Assembly (NCBI GenBank): GCA_024763215.1
Contig: JANTFX010000003.1
Location: 3,519-67,518 of the forward strand
Direction of reading: 5' to 3'
Length of the DNA stretch: 64,000 bases
From: Candidatus Krumholzibacteriia bacterium
GTDB taxonomy: Bacteria; Krumholzibacteriota; Krumholzibacteriia; LZORAL124-64-63
The stretch's first letter is position 1; the number at the start of each line of letters is the position of its first letter. Position numbers and translations under genes: made by a program. The notes under the pieces were generated by a model that saw nothing but the letters and a program-made list of their open reading frames with translations, was not told the DNA's origin and ran no database searches. Shown one piece after another: positions 33,045 to 44,197 of the stretch.

Positions 33045-33361
33045 AGCCAGGAGGGCGTAAGCAACCGTCCATTTGGTAAGCACTTATGGTGTATCAGACC
33101 CGTATTGCCAACTTCGGCTATACCCGCAGACACAATTTCCGAGGCACAAGGTATTTAGTACTGGCGAAATCCTCTTTAGGATGCTACCTTGCGGCCATCA
33201 ATTGCCGGCCCCCAGCCGGCGGCGGCGAACAACAGGGCCCCCTTCCCAAACCGGGCCACGCCGCGTTCGACTCTCTCTTGCCCTACACTGTTGTTCGGGT
33301 CGGAAAACAGGCCGCTGTGTGCGGGTGTACCCGGATGCTGACGGCGGAGACCATTGACATC
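33045..33361 (+). promoter_or_regulatory. Long non-coding leader/promoter region upstream of the DEAD-box helicase gene, partly AT-rich
   Basis: About 317 nt without a convincing ORF; track ORFs 33073 and 33086 here have no domain content before MTKTS. Weak promoter-like TTTAGT-17-TAGGAT near 33154-33182. Confidence 0.3.
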
Positions 33362-34597
33362 ATGACAAAAACAAGCAATTCCCAGCCCTCCGGCTTCGAC
33401 CGGTTCGGGCTTCATCCGTCCCTGCTGCGCGGCATCGAGGCCGCCGGTTTCACCTCGCCGCGTCCCATCCAGGACGCCACGATTCCCGCCGGACAGTCCG
33501 GACAGGATGTGCTGGGCCTGGCCCAGACCGGAACCGGCAAGACGGCCGCTTTCGCGCTGCCCTTGCTGCAGCGGATCCTCGACCATCCTCATCGCGGTCC
33601 GCGGGCCCTGGTGCTGGCGCCCACGCGGGAACTGGCGAACCAGATCGCCGCGGAGATCCGCCTCCTGGCCAGGTTCACCCGGATCAAGATGGTCACCATC
33701 TACGGCGGGGTCTCGGCCCGCAATCAGGTCTACGCCCTGCGGCACGGCCCCGAGATCGTGGTCGGATGCCCCGGCCGGGTGCTGGACCTGCTGCAGCAGG
33801 GGCTGCTGCGACTGGGACGCGTCGAGACCCTGGTCCTGGACGAGGCGGACCACATGTTCGACATGGGGTTCCTGCCGGATATCCGCAAGATCCTGGCCGC
33901 GTTGCCCGACCGCAGGCAGAACCTGCTGTTCTCGGCGACCATGCCGCGGGAGATCCGCCATCTGGCGGACGAGCTGCTCCATGAACCCGAGGTCGTCGAA
34001 CTGGCCGACGCCGCGCCGGCCGCGACCATCGACCACGACCTGGTCCTGATCCCCGAGAACCGCAAGAAGGATCTGTTGGTGCACCTGCTGGGCGGCAGGA
34101 GCTGCCGTTCGGCCATCGTCTTCACCCGCACCAAGCATCGCGCCCGCCGGCTGGCCGACCAGCTCAACAAGGCCGGTTATCGTGCCGTGGGGCTGCAGGG
34201 CAACATGTCCCAGTCCCAGCGTGACCGCGCCATGCGCGGGTTCCGGACGCACCGCTTCGACGTTCTGGTGGCCACCGACATCGCGGCCCGGGGCATCGAT
34301 GTCAGCGACGTGTCCCACGTGATCAACTTCGACGTGCCCAACACGCCCGAGGCCTACACCCACCGCATCGGGCGAACCGGACGCTCGGGCAGCGCGGGCA
34401 CCGCCTGCACGTTCGTCACCGGCGGCGACCACCGCTGGCTGAAGGCCACCGAGCGCATGATCGGCTCATCCATCCCGCGGCGCGAAGTGGCGGGGTTCGC
34501 GCCCGATACCATGGTAATCGAGACCAGCCGGCGCCGGCCTCAGGGCCGGGGGTACGGCAACGGCAGGAATCGCGCCGGTGCGCGGAGGCGGTCGTGA
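33362..34597 (+). CDS. DEAD-box ATP-dependent RNA helicase with RG-rich C-terminal tail
   Basis: Within ORF 33086..34597. ATG 33362 (MTKTSNSQPSGFDRFGLHPSLL...); alternative ATG 33335. Q-motif GFTSPRPIQ, AQTGTGKT, PTRELA, LVLDEADHMFDMGF, SAT, HRIGRTGRSG. Confidence 0.9.
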   Translation: MTKTSNSQPSGFDRFGLHPSLLRGIEAAGFTSPRPIQDATIPAGQSGQDVLGLAQTGTGKTAAFALPLLQRILDHPHRGPRALVLAPTRELANQIAAEIRLLARFTRIKMVTIYGGVSARNQVYALRHGPEIVVGCPGRVLDLLQQGLLRLGRVETLVLDEADHMFDMGFLPDIRKILAALPDRRQNLLFSATMPREIRHLADELLHEPEVVELADAAPAATIDHDLVLIPENRKKDLLVHLLGGRSCRSAIVFTRTKHRARRLADQLNKAGYRAVGLQGNMSQSQRDRAMRGFRTHRFDVLVATDIAARGIDVSDVSHVINFDVPNTPEAYTHRIGRTGRSGSAGTACTFVTGGDHRWLKATERMIGSSIPRREVAGFAPDTMVIETSRRRPQGRGYGNGRNRAGARRRS

Positions 34598-35625
34598 GCG
34601 ATCATCTGCGGGCGAAAGTCGAGAAGATGGGGCGGTCCGATCTGGGCCGCGCCATCGCGCCGTTCAGCAATCCGGACACCCGGCGGGCGCTCTGGCAGCT
34701 GGCCAACACGGTGGTGCCGTATTTCGGCCTGCTGGCCCTGATGGTCTTCAGCCGCCTGCAGGGCTGGCCTTACCCGGTGACCCTGGCCCTGGCGGTGCCC
34801 GCGGCCGGATTGTCCGTGCGGATCTTCATCTTCTTCCACGATTGCTGCCACGATTCGTTCTTCGCCTCGCGGCGCGCCAACCGCATCGTGGGCTACCTGA
34901 CGGGAATCCTGACCTTCACCCCCTTCGACGCCTGGCGGCGCAGCCACAACACCCATCATGCCACCGCCGGCGACCTGGACAACCGGGGCACCGGGGATAT
35001 CTGGACCATGACCGTGGCCGAGTACCGGCGGGCCTCGATGCTCAAACGGCTGTGCTACCGGCTGGTGCGCAATCCGTTTTTCCTGCTGCTGGTCGTCCCG
35101 GGCTGGCTGGCGATGATCGCCTACCGGATCCCCTGGCCGGGGCAGGGGCGGGCGGCGACGGTCAGCGTGATGATCACCAATCTGGCTCTGGGTGGGATCT
35201 TCGCGGCGATGGCTCTCACGGTGGGTTGGCGGACGTACCTGCTGGTGCAGGTGCCGGTGGTCCTGATAGCCTGGTCCTGCGGGGTCTGGCTGTTCTACGT
35301 CCAGCACCAGTACGAGGACACCTACTGGATGCCCGGCGACCAGCGGGATCCGGTGGAGGTCGCACTGCGGGGCAGTTCCTACTACAAGTTGCCCCGGATC
35401 CTGCAGTGGTTCACCGGCAACATCGGCCTGCATCATATCCATCATCTGCGCCCGCGCATTCCCAACTACCACCTGCAGTCCTGCCAGGATTCGATCCCGC
35501 TGCTGCAGACGGTCAAGCCCCTGACTTTCCGCCGCAGCCTGCGTTCGGCGTCCCTGGACCTGTGGGATGAGCGGCATGGGAAATTGGTGGGATTCGGGGC
35601 GGCGCGGCTTGATGGCATGTGCTGA
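34594..35625 (+). CDS. Membrane fatty-acid desaturase (three His boxes)
   Basis: ORF track 34594..35625 (+). The GTG start overlaps the helicase stop (GTGA). His boxes HDCCH, HNTHH, HHIHH. Confidence 0.9.
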   Translation: MSDHLRAKVEKMGRSDLGRAIAPFSNPDTRRALWQLANTVVPYFGLLALMVFSRLQGWPYPVTLALAVPAAGLSVRIFIFFHDCCHDSFFASRRANRIVGYLTGILTFTPFDAWRRSHNTHHATAGDLDNRGTGDIWTMTVAEYRRASMLKRLCYRLVRNPFFLLLVVPGWLAMIAYRIPWPGQGRAATVSVMITNLALGGIFAAMALTVGWRTYLLVQVPVVLIAWSCGVWLFYVQHQYEDTYWMPGDQRDPVEVALRGSSYYKLPRILQWFTGNIGLHHIHHLRPRIPNYHLQSCQDSIPLLQTVKPLTFRRSLRSASLDLWDERHGKLVGFGAARLDGMC

Positions 35626-35630
35626 GGCAG

Positions 35631-35667
35631 GCAAGCGGCCTGAGGCTCATTTCCCCAGGCCGCTTGC
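35631..35667. terminator. Bidirectional hairpin GCAAGCGGCCTG-(13 nt)-CAGGCCGCTTGC between convergent genes
   Basis: Read directly: perfect 12-bp stem in the 48-nt convergent spacer. Confidence 0.7.
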
Positions 35668-35673
35668 AAGGTT

Positions 35674-36585
35674 TCAGCTCTTCTTGATCAACCTCGTCGC
35701 CGCCGCGACCACACCGCCCACGTCCGAAAGGTCGGTGGGGATGATCATGGTGTTGCTCTCGCGGGCCAGGTTGCCGAACTGCTTGATGTACTGCTCGGCC
35801 ACGCGCAGGTTCACCGCGTCCGAGCCTCCGGGCTGCTCGATGGCCTGGGCGATGTTGCGGATCCCCTCGGCCGTCGCCACGGCCACCAGTTCTATCTCCT
35901 TGGCCCGGCCTTCGGCCTCGTTGATCCGCTTCATCTTCTCGCCCTCGGATATGGCGATGGCCTGCTGCTTGGTGCCTTCGGCCACGTTGATCAGGGCCTG
36001 GCGCTGGCCCTCGGATTCGGCGATGGCCGCGCGCTTCTCGCGCTCGGCGCGCATCTGCTTCTCCAGGGCGTCGCGCACCGTCTGCGGCGGGTGGATGTTC
36101 TTGATCTCGTAACGGGTGATCTTCACGCCCCAGGGATCGGACGCCTTGTCCACCGCGGCGATGATGGCGTGGTTGATGGCGTCGCGTTCCTCGAAGGTCT
36201 TGTCCAGCTCCAGCTTGCCGATCTCCGAACGCATGGTGGTCTGGGAGAGCTGGGTGGAGGCGAACAGGTAGTTCTCGATGCCGTAGCTGGCCTTGACCGG
36301 GTCGATCACCTGCATGTAGAGCACGCCGTCCACCTCGACGGCGATGTTGTCCTTGGTGATGCACACCTGGGGGGGCACGTCGACCGCGGTTTCCTTCAGG
36401 GAGTGCTTGTAGGCGATGCGGTCCAGGAACGGGGTCAGGATGTGGAACCCCGCCTGCAAGGTGCGCGAATACTTGCCCAGCCTCTCGACGATGTAGGCGC
36501 TCTTCTGGGGCACGATGCGGGCGGTGTTCAAAAGGGTGATGATGACCAGGATCACGATTCCAAAGGCTATGATGGTGCCGGCCAT
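35674..36585 (-). CDS. SPFH/band-7 (stomatin/paraslipin-like) membrane protein
   Basis: ORF track 35674..36585 (-). N-terminal TM, ...ARIVPQKSAYIVERLGKYSRTLQAGFHILTPFLDRIA...TKDNIAVEVDGVLYMQV... Confidence 0.9.
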   Translation of the reverse strand: MAGTIIAFGIVILVIITLLNTARIVPQKSAYIVERLGKYSRTLQAGFHILTPFLDRIAYKHSLKETAVDVPPQVCITKDNIAVEVDGVLYMQVIDPVKASYGIENYLFASTQLSQTTMRSEIGKLELDKTFEERDAINHAIIAAVDKASDPWGVKITRYEIKNIHPPQTVRDALEKQMRAEREKRAAIAESEGQRQALINVAEGTKQQAIAISEGEKMKRINEAEGRAKEIELVAVATAEGIRNIAQAIEQPGGSDAVNLRVAEQYIKQFGNLARESNTMIIPTDLSDVGGVVAAATRLIKKS

Positions 36586-36621
36586 GTCGGACCTCCCGGG
36601 GCGCTCGGCGCCCGGCTGGGG

Positions 36622-37062
36622 TTAATGGGGTTTGACGATCAGGGTGATGCCCTCGTGCGCGGTGATGATGGCGCGGTCACCCTTGGCCAGGGGAGCCTCG
36701 CAGAGAGCCTGCCACGTCGCTCCCTTGTACTCGACCCTGCCCTTGGCGCCGGGGGTCATGGCCTCCAGGACCACGACCACACCGCCGACCTCGTCATCGA
36801 TGTTGTCCCCGGTCAGGCCTTCCTCGCTGACCTTGCCCAGGAATCCATCGCGGAATCGCCTGCGCAGGAAAACCAACAGCAGCACCGAGGACACGGCGAA
36901 CACGATGAGCTGGGAGCTCAGGTTCGGGGTCAGGCCCAGCCAGGCGCCGAGGGCGGCCAGCCAGGCTCCGGCCCCGAAGAAGACCAGGATCACGCCCGGA
37001 ACCACGAACTCGCTGAGGATCAGGATCACACCTGCTACGAACCACAGGACGACGGGACTCAT
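36622..37062 (-). CDS. NfeD-family membrane protein
   Basis: Within ORF 36622..37116 (-). ATG 37062 lies 8 nt after GGGGGAG. Three TM helices, then an OB-fold-like C-terminus ...GAKGRVEYKGATWQALCEAPLAKGDRAIITAHEGITLIVKP. Confidence 0.85.
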   Translation of the reverse strand: MSPVVLWFVAGVILILSEFVVPGVILVFFGAGAWLAALGAWLGLTPNLSSQLIVFAVSSVLLLVFLRRRFRDGFLGKVSEEGLTGDNIDDEVGGVVVVLEAMTPGAKGRVEYKGATWQALCEAPLAKGDRAIITAHEGITLIVKPH

Positions 37063-37181
37063 GGGCATCACTCCCCCGGCTGGAATACATAGTTGACGAC
37101 CGGGTGATATAACCATACCTGGGGGTCATTATTCAATTGGAAGTCGGAATATTTCCAAGGTGGGGTGGGGCCGCCGGCCGC

Positions 37182-37526
37182 TCAGCCGACGAGGCTGAAC
37201 TTGTGCAACACTTCCTCCAGCAGGTACCCTTCCTCCCCCGAGATATTGACGAACTTGAATCCGGCGCGGAAGAAGCGGGGATTCTGGTCCTGGTTGCACC
37301 AGACGGTTTCGGCTTCGATGAGGATCTCCGACCGGTTCTGCACCATGGCCGGCAGGTTGATGCGGACCAGGAACTTGCGCCCGGGGGTCAGGGCTTCGGA
37401 GGCGACGATCATCATGCCGTTGCAGGTGATGTCCACGATACGGCCGAGCGCCCGGCCTGATTCGTGGTCGATGGCCTTGACGTTGTGGGGCGTGTTCTTG
37501 CGCGGCCTGCGACGGATATCGATCAT
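37182..37526 (-). CDS. Single-domain PilZ protein (putative c-di-GMP receptor)
   Basis: Within ORF 37182..37676 (-). ATG 37526 after AAAGGA. RxxxR = RRRPR, and DxSxxG-like DITCNG 26 residues later. Confidence 0.6.
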   Translation of the reverse strand: MIDIRRRPRKNTPHNVKAIDHESGRALGRIVDITCNGMMIVASEALTPGRKFLVRINLPAMVQNRSEILIEAETVWCNQDQNPRFFRAGFKFVNISGEEGYLLEEVLHKFSLVG

Positions 37527-37695
37527 GACGATCCTTTCATGGCTTACGTTCTGGTCCTGGATATCGGCACCAGGCGGGGTGGGCTTGAATGTAAAATGGA
37601 GCCATCTGCAGGTCCGCCCCGGTTGACAAAACATCTGCATACCCTTAACCCTGTTCCTCTGCGTGAAGCCAAGCAATCAAGAGGGAGCAATCGTC

Positions 37696-38772
37696 ATGAG
37701 CCAGATTGTCGACAAGGTCCACCATGTGGAACTGGTGGTGGGGAACGCCAAGCAGGCGGCCTACTATTACCGCAAGGCCTTCGGCTTCGGCCAGGTGGCG
37801 TATCGGGGCCCAGAGACCGGTGATCGGGAAAGGGTTTCGTATGTCCTGCGGCAGGGGGATATCTGGCTGGTCCTGACCACGCCCCTCCACCACCTGGATC
37901 CCCTGAACATCTGGCTCACCCTGCACGGGGACGGGGTGCGGGACATCGCCCTCGAGGTCGCGGACGTGGACGCCGCCTTCAGCCACGCGGTGGCCGGCGG
38001 AGCGGTGCCCAAAGCCGAGCCGGCAACCCGGAAGGACGACATGGGGGAGGTGAGGACCGCGGCCATCGCCACCTACGGCGAGGTGATCCACACCTTCGTC
38101 CAGCGCATGGATTACAAGGGGTTCCTGCCCGGATTCCGGCCCAGCGAGGTTCCCGGCGCGGGCGCGGGCCTGACCTTCATCGATCACATCGTCGGCAACG
38201 TCGAGGACCGGCAGATGGACCGCTGGGTCGACTGGTACGACAGGACCCTGGGCCTGGACCGCTTCGTTTCCTACGACGACAAGGACATCTCCACCGAATT
38301 CACGGCCCTGCGCAGCACGGTGGTCGCCTCGGCCGACAGGGTGGTCAAGTTCCCCCTCAACGAACCGGCCGCCGGCCGCCGCAAGAGCCAGATCCAGGAG
38401 TACATCGACGCGAACGTGACCGCGGGCGTGCAGCACATCGCCCTGGCCAGCCGGGACATCATCGCGACCATCGCCACCCTGCGGGCCAACGGCGTGGAAT
38501 TCCTGGCGGTTCCGCGCGGGTACTACGACAATCTGTGGCAGCGGGTGGGGGAGGTCCAGGAGGACCCCGGGCGTCTGAGCGAACTGGGCATCCTGGTGGA
38601 CCGGGACGACAAGGGCTACCTGCTGCAGCTGTTCACCCGGCCGGTCCAGGACCGCCCCACGCTGTTCATCGAGATCATCCAGCGCCGGGGCAGCAACAGC
38701 TTCGGCAAGGGGAACTTCAAGGCGCTGTTCGAAACCATCGAGCAGGAGCAGGCCCATCGCGGCAATCTCTAG
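37696..38772 (+). CDS. hppD: 4-hydroxyphenylpyruvate dioxygenase
   Basis: Within ORF 37663..38772. ATG 37696 after AGGGAG. ...HHVELVVGNAKQAAYYYRKAFGF..., GVQHIALAS, LLQLFTRPVQDRPTLFIEIIQR...GKGNFKALFE. Confidence 0.92.
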   Translation: MSQIVDKVHHVELVVGNAKQAAYYYRKAFGFGQVAYRGPETGDRERVSYVLRQGDIWLVLTTPLHHLDPLNIWLTLHGDGVRDIALEVADVDAAFSHAVAGGAVPKAEPATRKDDMGEVRTAAIATYGEVIHTFVQRMDYKGFLPGFRPSEVPGAGAGLTFIDHIVGNVEDRQMDRWVDWYDRTLGLDRFVSYDDKDISTEFTALRSTVVASADRVVKFPLNEPAAGRRKSQIQEYIDANVTAGVQHIALASRDIIATIATLRANGVEFLAVPRGYYDNLWQRVGEVQEDPGRLSELGILVDRDDKGYLLQLFTRPVQDRPTLFIEIIQRRGSNSFGKGNFKALFETIEQEQAHRGNL

Positions 38773-38784
38773 GGGACGCACGAC

Positions 38785-39957
38785 ATGCCTTTCTACCACC
38801 GGCTAGGCCGGATCCCGCCCAAGCGGCACACGGTGTTCCCCAATCCCGACGGCGGCATCTACTACGAGCACCTCATGGGCAACCTCGGGTTCACGGGTCT
38901 GCAATCCCTGCTCTACTCGCTGCGGCGGCCGACCACGGTCAAGAGTATCGAGACCGCGTGGAGTTCCCCTCTGCGGCCCGAACCCGATCCCGAAGCCCGC
39001 TGGGGCATGCGCCACCTGCGCACCCACGAGCTGGCCTGCGGCCCCAGCGCCGTCCAGGACAGGGTGCCGCTGGTCTTCAACGGGGATGTGGCGCTCTTTC
39101 TGACCCGGCCTAGGCGAACCGACCCGTTCTTCTACCGCAACGGCAGGGCCGACGAGGTGGTCTACGTCACCTGCGGGAGCGGCCGGCTCGAGTCCCAGTT
39201 CGGGTGCCTGGACTACCGCGAAGGGGACTATCTGGTCATCCCCCGGGGCATCATCTGGCGCCTGGCGCCGGACGCGGGCGAACAGATCCATCTGGTCATC
39301 GAGAGCCGCGGGCATATACGGACCCCCGAGCGGTACCGCAACCGGCACGGCCAGCTGCTGGAACACAGCCCCTACTGCGAGCGGGACATCCGCGCGCCGC
39401 AGGAGCTGGAGGTGCACGACGAGACGGGGGACTTCGAGATCATCACCCGCACCGGCGAGGTCTGCCGCCGCGTGGTCCTGGACCATCATCCGTTCGACAC
39501 GGTGGGCTGGGACGGCTGCTACTATCCCTGGGCCTTCAATATCCACGACTTCGAACCCATCGTCGGCCGGCTGCACCAGCCGCCGCCGGTGCACCAGACC
39601 TTCGCGGGGGACGGTTTCGTGATCTGTTCCTTCGTGCCCAGGCTGTACGACTTCCACCCCGAGGCGGTGCCCGCCCCGTACAACCACTCCAACGTCATGA
39701 CCGACGAGGTGCTCTACTACTGCAACGACGAGTTCATGAGCCGGAGCGGAATCGCCCGGGGCTCGTTGACCCTGCATCCTGACGGCCTGCCCCACGGACC
39801 CCAGCCGGGCCGCACCGAGGCTTCCATCGGGGCCAGGCAGACCGACGAGCTGGCCGTGATGATCGATGCCTTCAAGCCCTTGCAGGTGGCGGCCGCCGCG
39901 CTGCCCTGCGAGGTGCCGGACTACGGGCGGTCGTGGCTGGAAGGGGGCCAGGCGTGA
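38785..39957 (+). CDS. hmgA: Homogentisate 1,2-dioxygenase (short form)
   Basis: ORF track 38785..39957 (+). MPFYHRLGRIPPKRHTVF...YYEHLMGNLGFTG.. ...HPDGLPHGPQPG. Sits between hppD and fahA. Confidence 0.85.
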   Translation: MPFYHRLGRIPPKRHTVFPNPDGGIYYEHLMGNLGFTGLQSLLYSLRRPTTVKSIETAWSSPLRPEPDPEARWGMRHLRTHELACGPSAVQDRVPLVFNGDVALFLTRPRRTDPFFYRNGRADEVVYVTCGSGRLESQFGCLDYREGDYLVIPRGIIWRLAPDAGEQIHLVIESRGHIRTPERYRNRHGQLLEHSPYCERDIRAPQELEVHDETGDFEIITRTGEVCRRVVLDHHPFDTVGWDGCYYPWAFNIHDFEPIVGRLHQPPPVHQTFAGDGFVICSFVPRLYDFHPEAVPAPYNHSNVMTDEVLYYCNDEFMSRSGIARGSLTLHPDGLPHGPQPGRTEASIGARQTDELAVMIDAFKPLQVAAAALPCEVPDYGRSWLEGGQA

Positions 39958-40928
39958 AACGGACCCTCAGGGAATTCATGGCCGGGCTGGTGGATTATGC
40001 CGGCCTGTTCCCGCCGGCCGGCCTGTCCATGGACGCGGCGGTGGCCGAGTATGGCCGCTGGCTTGCCGATCCGGCGGCCTGGATGCTGGGCCGCTTCATC
40101 GTCCCGGCGTCCCGTCTGCCCGAGCTGGACGACGCCCTGGCCGCCTCCGGCTTCAACGGGACCTGGCGCTACTCCGTCCTGGTGGGCGATGGCCGGAATC
40201 CGGTACACGGCCTGGACGTTCTGGCAGATCAGGGCCGCCTGATCCGGGACTTCGACGAGCGTCAGGCGGGCTCGGCCGGCATCGAGACCCTGGAGTATCC
40301 CCTGCCGGCCACCGTGTGCCGCGATCCGGACGATCTGGACCGCCATCTGGATGCCTTGCTGACGGGCCTGGCGGCCATGGAGACCTCCGTGGCGGCTATC
40401 TACCTCGAACTGCCTCCCGCGGCGGAGGCCCTGTTGGTGGTCGAAGCCCTGGCCCGGGCCGCCGAGCGGTACCCGAGCCGGAGTGAAGACAACGGTCAGG
40501 GTGGTCCGCTGATAGCAGCCAAGCTGCGCTGCGGGGGGCTGACGCGCGAGGCGTTTCCCGCGACCGGCAGGGTGGCGTCCGTGCTGGCCTTCTGCGCGGC
40601 CGCCAAGGTGCCCCTGAAGTTCACCGCCGGCCTCCATCACCCGCTGCGCCATCAGGCGGAGGATCCGCCCGTGATGATGCACGGGTTCCTCAACGTGTTC
40701 GGGGCCGGCCTGCTGGCCTGGGGAGGGTTGACGGGAGAGGAACTGGCCGCCTGCGTGGCCGAGACCTCCCCGGAGGCCTTTTCCTTCGACGACAAGCATT
40801 TCGCCTGGCGAGAGCACAAGGTGGCCGTGGACGAGATCGCCGTCCTGCGCCGCCGTTATCTTCACGGTTTCGGCAGCTGTTCCTTCGCCGAACCGGTCAC
40901 CGGATTGCAAGGGTTGGACCTGATCTGA
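39954..40928 (+). CDS. Conserved-looking hypothetical protein (324 aa) embedded in the homogentisate operon
   Basis: Within ORF 39933..40928. GTG 39954 overlaps the hmgA stop (GTGA) and follows GGAAGGGGG; alternative ATG 39981. No motif I recognise. Notable strings GLFPPAGLS, AAKLRCGG, KFTAGLHHPLRH, GFGSCSF. Confidence 0.75.
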   Translation: MKRTLREFMAGLVDYAGLFPPAGLSMDAAVAEYGRWLADPAAWMLGRFIVPASRLPELDDALAASGFNGTWRYSVLVGDGRNPVHGLDVLADQGRLIRDFDERQAGSAGIETLEYPLPATVCRDPDDLDRHLDALLTGLAAMETSVAAIYLELPPAAEALLVVEALARAAERYPSRSEDNGQGGPLIAAKLRCGGLTREAFPATGRVASVLAFCAAAKVPLKFTAGLHHPLRHQAEDPPVMMHGFLNVFGAGLLAWGGLTGEELAACVAETSPEAFSFDDKHFAWREHKVAVDEIAVLRRRYLHGFGSCSFAEPVTGLQGLDLI

Positions 40929-40957
40929 AACGGTTCGCCCGGGGAATGAGGATACCC

Positions 40958-42240
40958 ATGCCGACTGCCATCGATCCCAAGGTGCCGTCCTTCGTGCCGG
41001 TGCCCGCCGCCTCCCACTTCCCGCTTTACAACCTCCCCTACGGGATCTTCAGCCCCGCCCCGACGGCCTCCTTGCGGGCCGGGGTGCGCATCGGGGACCA
41101 TGTGCTGGACCTGTCGGTGATCGAGGATTGCGGCCTGCTGGCGGCGGCCGGTCTGCCGCCCGGAACCTTCGACCAGCCCTGGCTGAACCGGTTCATGGAG
41201 TTGCCGGCCGAGCAGCGGCGCCTGGTGCGGCTGTTGATCCACGGCTTGCTGCGGGAGGACGAGCCCACCCTGCGCGACGATGCGACCCTGCGTGCGCGGT
41301 CGCTGTTGCCTGCATCCAGCGTCACCATGCACATGCCGGTGATGATCCGCGACTACACCGATTTCTATTCCTCGCGTGAACACGCCACCAACGTGGGCAT
41401 CATGTTCCGGGGCAAGGAAAACGCCCTGATGCCCAACTGGCTGCACCTGCCGGTGGGCTACCACGGACGCGCGAGCTCGGTGGTGGTCTCGGGCACCGAT
41501 ATCGTACGGCCCTGCGGCCAGACCATCGCCCCTGACGCGGCAACCCCGTCCTTCGGCCCCAGCCGGTTGCTGGACATCGAGCTGGAGATGGGGTTCCTGG
41601 TCGCCGGCAGCAACGAACTGGGAACGCCGGTGTCCGTGGACGAGGCCTGGGACCGAATCTTCGGCATGGTGGTGGTCAACGACTGGTCGGCCCGGGATAT
41701 CCAGAAGTGGGAATACCAGCCGTTGGGACCGTTCAACGCCAAGAACTTCGCCACCAGCATCTCGCCCTGGATCGTGACCATCGACGCCTTGATGCCGTTC
41801 GCATGCGAGGCTCCGGCCCAGGACCCCGAACCGTTGCCGTACCTGCGCGAGCAGGATCGGCGCACTTTCGACATCACACTGAGCATCGATCTGCAGGCCG
41901 AGGACGACGAGCCGCTGACCATCTGCCGCAGCAACTTCAAGCACCTGTACTGGACCATGGCTCAGCAGCTGGCCCACCACACCTGCACCGGCTGCAACCT
42001 GGGCACCGGAGACCTGCTGGCCTCCGGCACGATCAGCGGCCCGGACAAGGGCAGCTACGGATCCCTGCTGGAGATCACCTGGCGGGGGACCGAGCCGGTG
42101 ACCCTGCCCGGGGGTGGTATCCGGAAGTTCCTGGCCGACGGGGACCGGGTGACCATGTCCGGGGTGTGCGAGAAGGACGGCCTGCACCTGGGCTTCGGCG
42201 AGGTCACCGGCAGGATCCTGCCGGCCCACAAGGACCTGCA

Positions 42241-42244
<4 letters not shown>
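40958..42244 (+). CDS. fahA: Fumarylacetoacetase
   Basis: Within ORF 40946..42244. ATG 40958 lies 5 nt after GAGGA. ...HFPLYNLPYGIFS..., DYTDFYSSREHATNVGIMFRG, LPVGYHGRASSVVVSG. Confidence 0.9.
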
Positions 42245-44187
<1,943 letters not shown>

Positions 44188-44197
44188 AGAGGGACCC

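Noticed and set aside
31927-33133. Minus-strand ORFs (381, 147 and 117 aa) across the ctp 3' end, the membrane-GNAT gene and the helicase leader
   Set aside because: They overlap better-supported plus-strand genes, have Pro/Arg/Gly-rich composition and run through terminator hairpins.
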